DNA of 64,000 bases from Amphiscolops sp. MND2022 (taxonomy: Eukaryota). The position numbers and the translations under genes were made by a program. The stretch's first letter is position 1; each line of letters opens with the position of its first letter. Of the stretch, positions 62,901 to 64,000 are shown piece by piece. The notes under the pieces are model-generated. The model saw only the letters and a list, made by a program, of their open reading frames with translations. It searched no databases and had not been told where the DNA came from. The stretch covers positions 48,486,001 through 48,550,000 of the forward strand of contig OZ076409.1 of NCBI GenBank assembly GCA_964187785.1. The letters are read 5' to 3'.

Positions 62901-64000
62901 TGGAAGCAACCTATCTGCCCACCCAGTAAAAACTTTCACTTTCCACTTCCGCGCTCGCTTTCAAATCCGTTGCAGTTGTCAATTTTTCTCCTATTGGATG
63001 CTTCAACTCTCTTTGCTAATTTTGACTGCTCTAAGCAGAAGTGTCACTTTTCAATATTTCGTTCATTTTAAACTAAATATGCCACAATTCTTCTGCTTCA
63101 ATTTTACCCGCATTACGCTTACTTTCGGACGGATCCCATGACAGATAGTCTTCTATACCCATCGTACGTCTCAAGCCGTGTACTACGTTAAAGAAGAATG
63201 GAAGCAACCTATCTGCCCACCCAGTAAAAACTGATGAGAAGGTTTTATTCGATCGACTGTCTCTTTATTTTGTTATTAAAGCTTAATGATCTGATACGAC
63301 TTCGAACTCAGTGCCATATTCAAAATTCCAAAAATTCTCAGTCACCGACACAAGTGTCAGGTCAGTAATGCTAACTAGTTGGTTGAGTATTTATGTTCAA
63401 ACTCCGTAAGAACCTGCGAAGCGCAGTGTGTTGTTTCCCAACTTTCATCCTGTTTTTGTTGTAGCATCTCCTCAAGACCTTCTCCGCTGGCATCGCAGTT
63501 TATCCTCAGTGGTAAATCACGTTTGAATTGTTTTAGATCTGCCGTTCGTTTCATTGCTCTTTCACCGTTCCAAATGCTTCTTCGTGTTCCATTTTCCCAC
63601 CTGCACACTCGTTAACATGCTTCTATAAAGGTCGGAGGGGTGCACATAACCTGGAAAATATTTCTTTGAAAGTGTTCAGTTAATAACTAACACCAATAAA
63701 TGATGTAATGTCTTTCAAGTTCTTTGGGCGTAGTCTATCCGTGATCGCTTGCACCTTTCCGCCAATTGTTTTTATCCTCTCCGCTGACAGTTTGTATCCC
63801 AATCACTATGTTTCGGTTTTGGTTAATGCACAATTTTTTGTTTTTAGTCTGATTACTGCTTCGTGTAACACGTGAATAGCTTCTTCGACTTTCTTTAAGT
63901 TTGTCGGTTTTACTTCTTTTCGCTACAGTTAAAATGTCATCAATATTGTAAACGTATTCTTCGTTTTCAGCAACATTTTGTAAACTATCGTCTCGAAACC
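59998..64000 (-). mobile_element. Decayed Gypsy/Ty3 LTR retrotransposon (3' LTR, PPT, pol remnants), running off the window
   Basis: LTR 59998-60189 abuts a G-run PPT on the minus strand (~60190-60195). Integrase-end-like SGLSEILFALR (~61260), RNase H-like INCDASGEGL...ASQVLTEFEHKYS (63375-63608), and RT-like NIDDIL near 63930-63950. Interrupted by other repeats. Confidence 0.7.
62416..63232. repeat. Compound, apparently identical tandem duplication (184-bp and 298-bp periods)
   Basis: 62416-62599 is repeated from 62600, and 62634-62931 is repeated at 62932-63232. No mismatches were noticed. Confidence 0.92.

Overview
AT-rich, intron-containing, repeat-dense eukaryotic (most likely invertebrate animal) DNA. 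The first ~4.9 kb is the right end of a Polinton/Maverick-type (adintovirus-like) element. It carries an intact protein-primed family-B DNA polymerase ORF that is open from base 2, with N-terminal C2H2-type zinc fingers, an OTU-like protease dyad and an inserted Vsr-like nuclease. A repeat- and palindrome-rich terminal region follows and ends in ...ATACTACT at 4928. Two spliced host genes can be assembled by hand on the + strand: an unrecognised His/Ala/Ser-rich protein (6739-15052, ~715 aa) and a TMEM181 orthologue (16923-29953, ~491 aa). One TMEM181 intron holds an internally deleted BEL/Pao LTR retrotransposon with a 5-bp TSD. The rest is a mosaic of Helentron-like (HINE/DINE-1-like) non-autonomous elements, MITE-like TIR elements with 8-bp TSDs, a Helitron-like core, solo-LTR-like units carrying ORF starts, decayed Gypsy pieces and near-perfect tandem duplications. 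All calls come from reading the sequence by eye; no searches were run.
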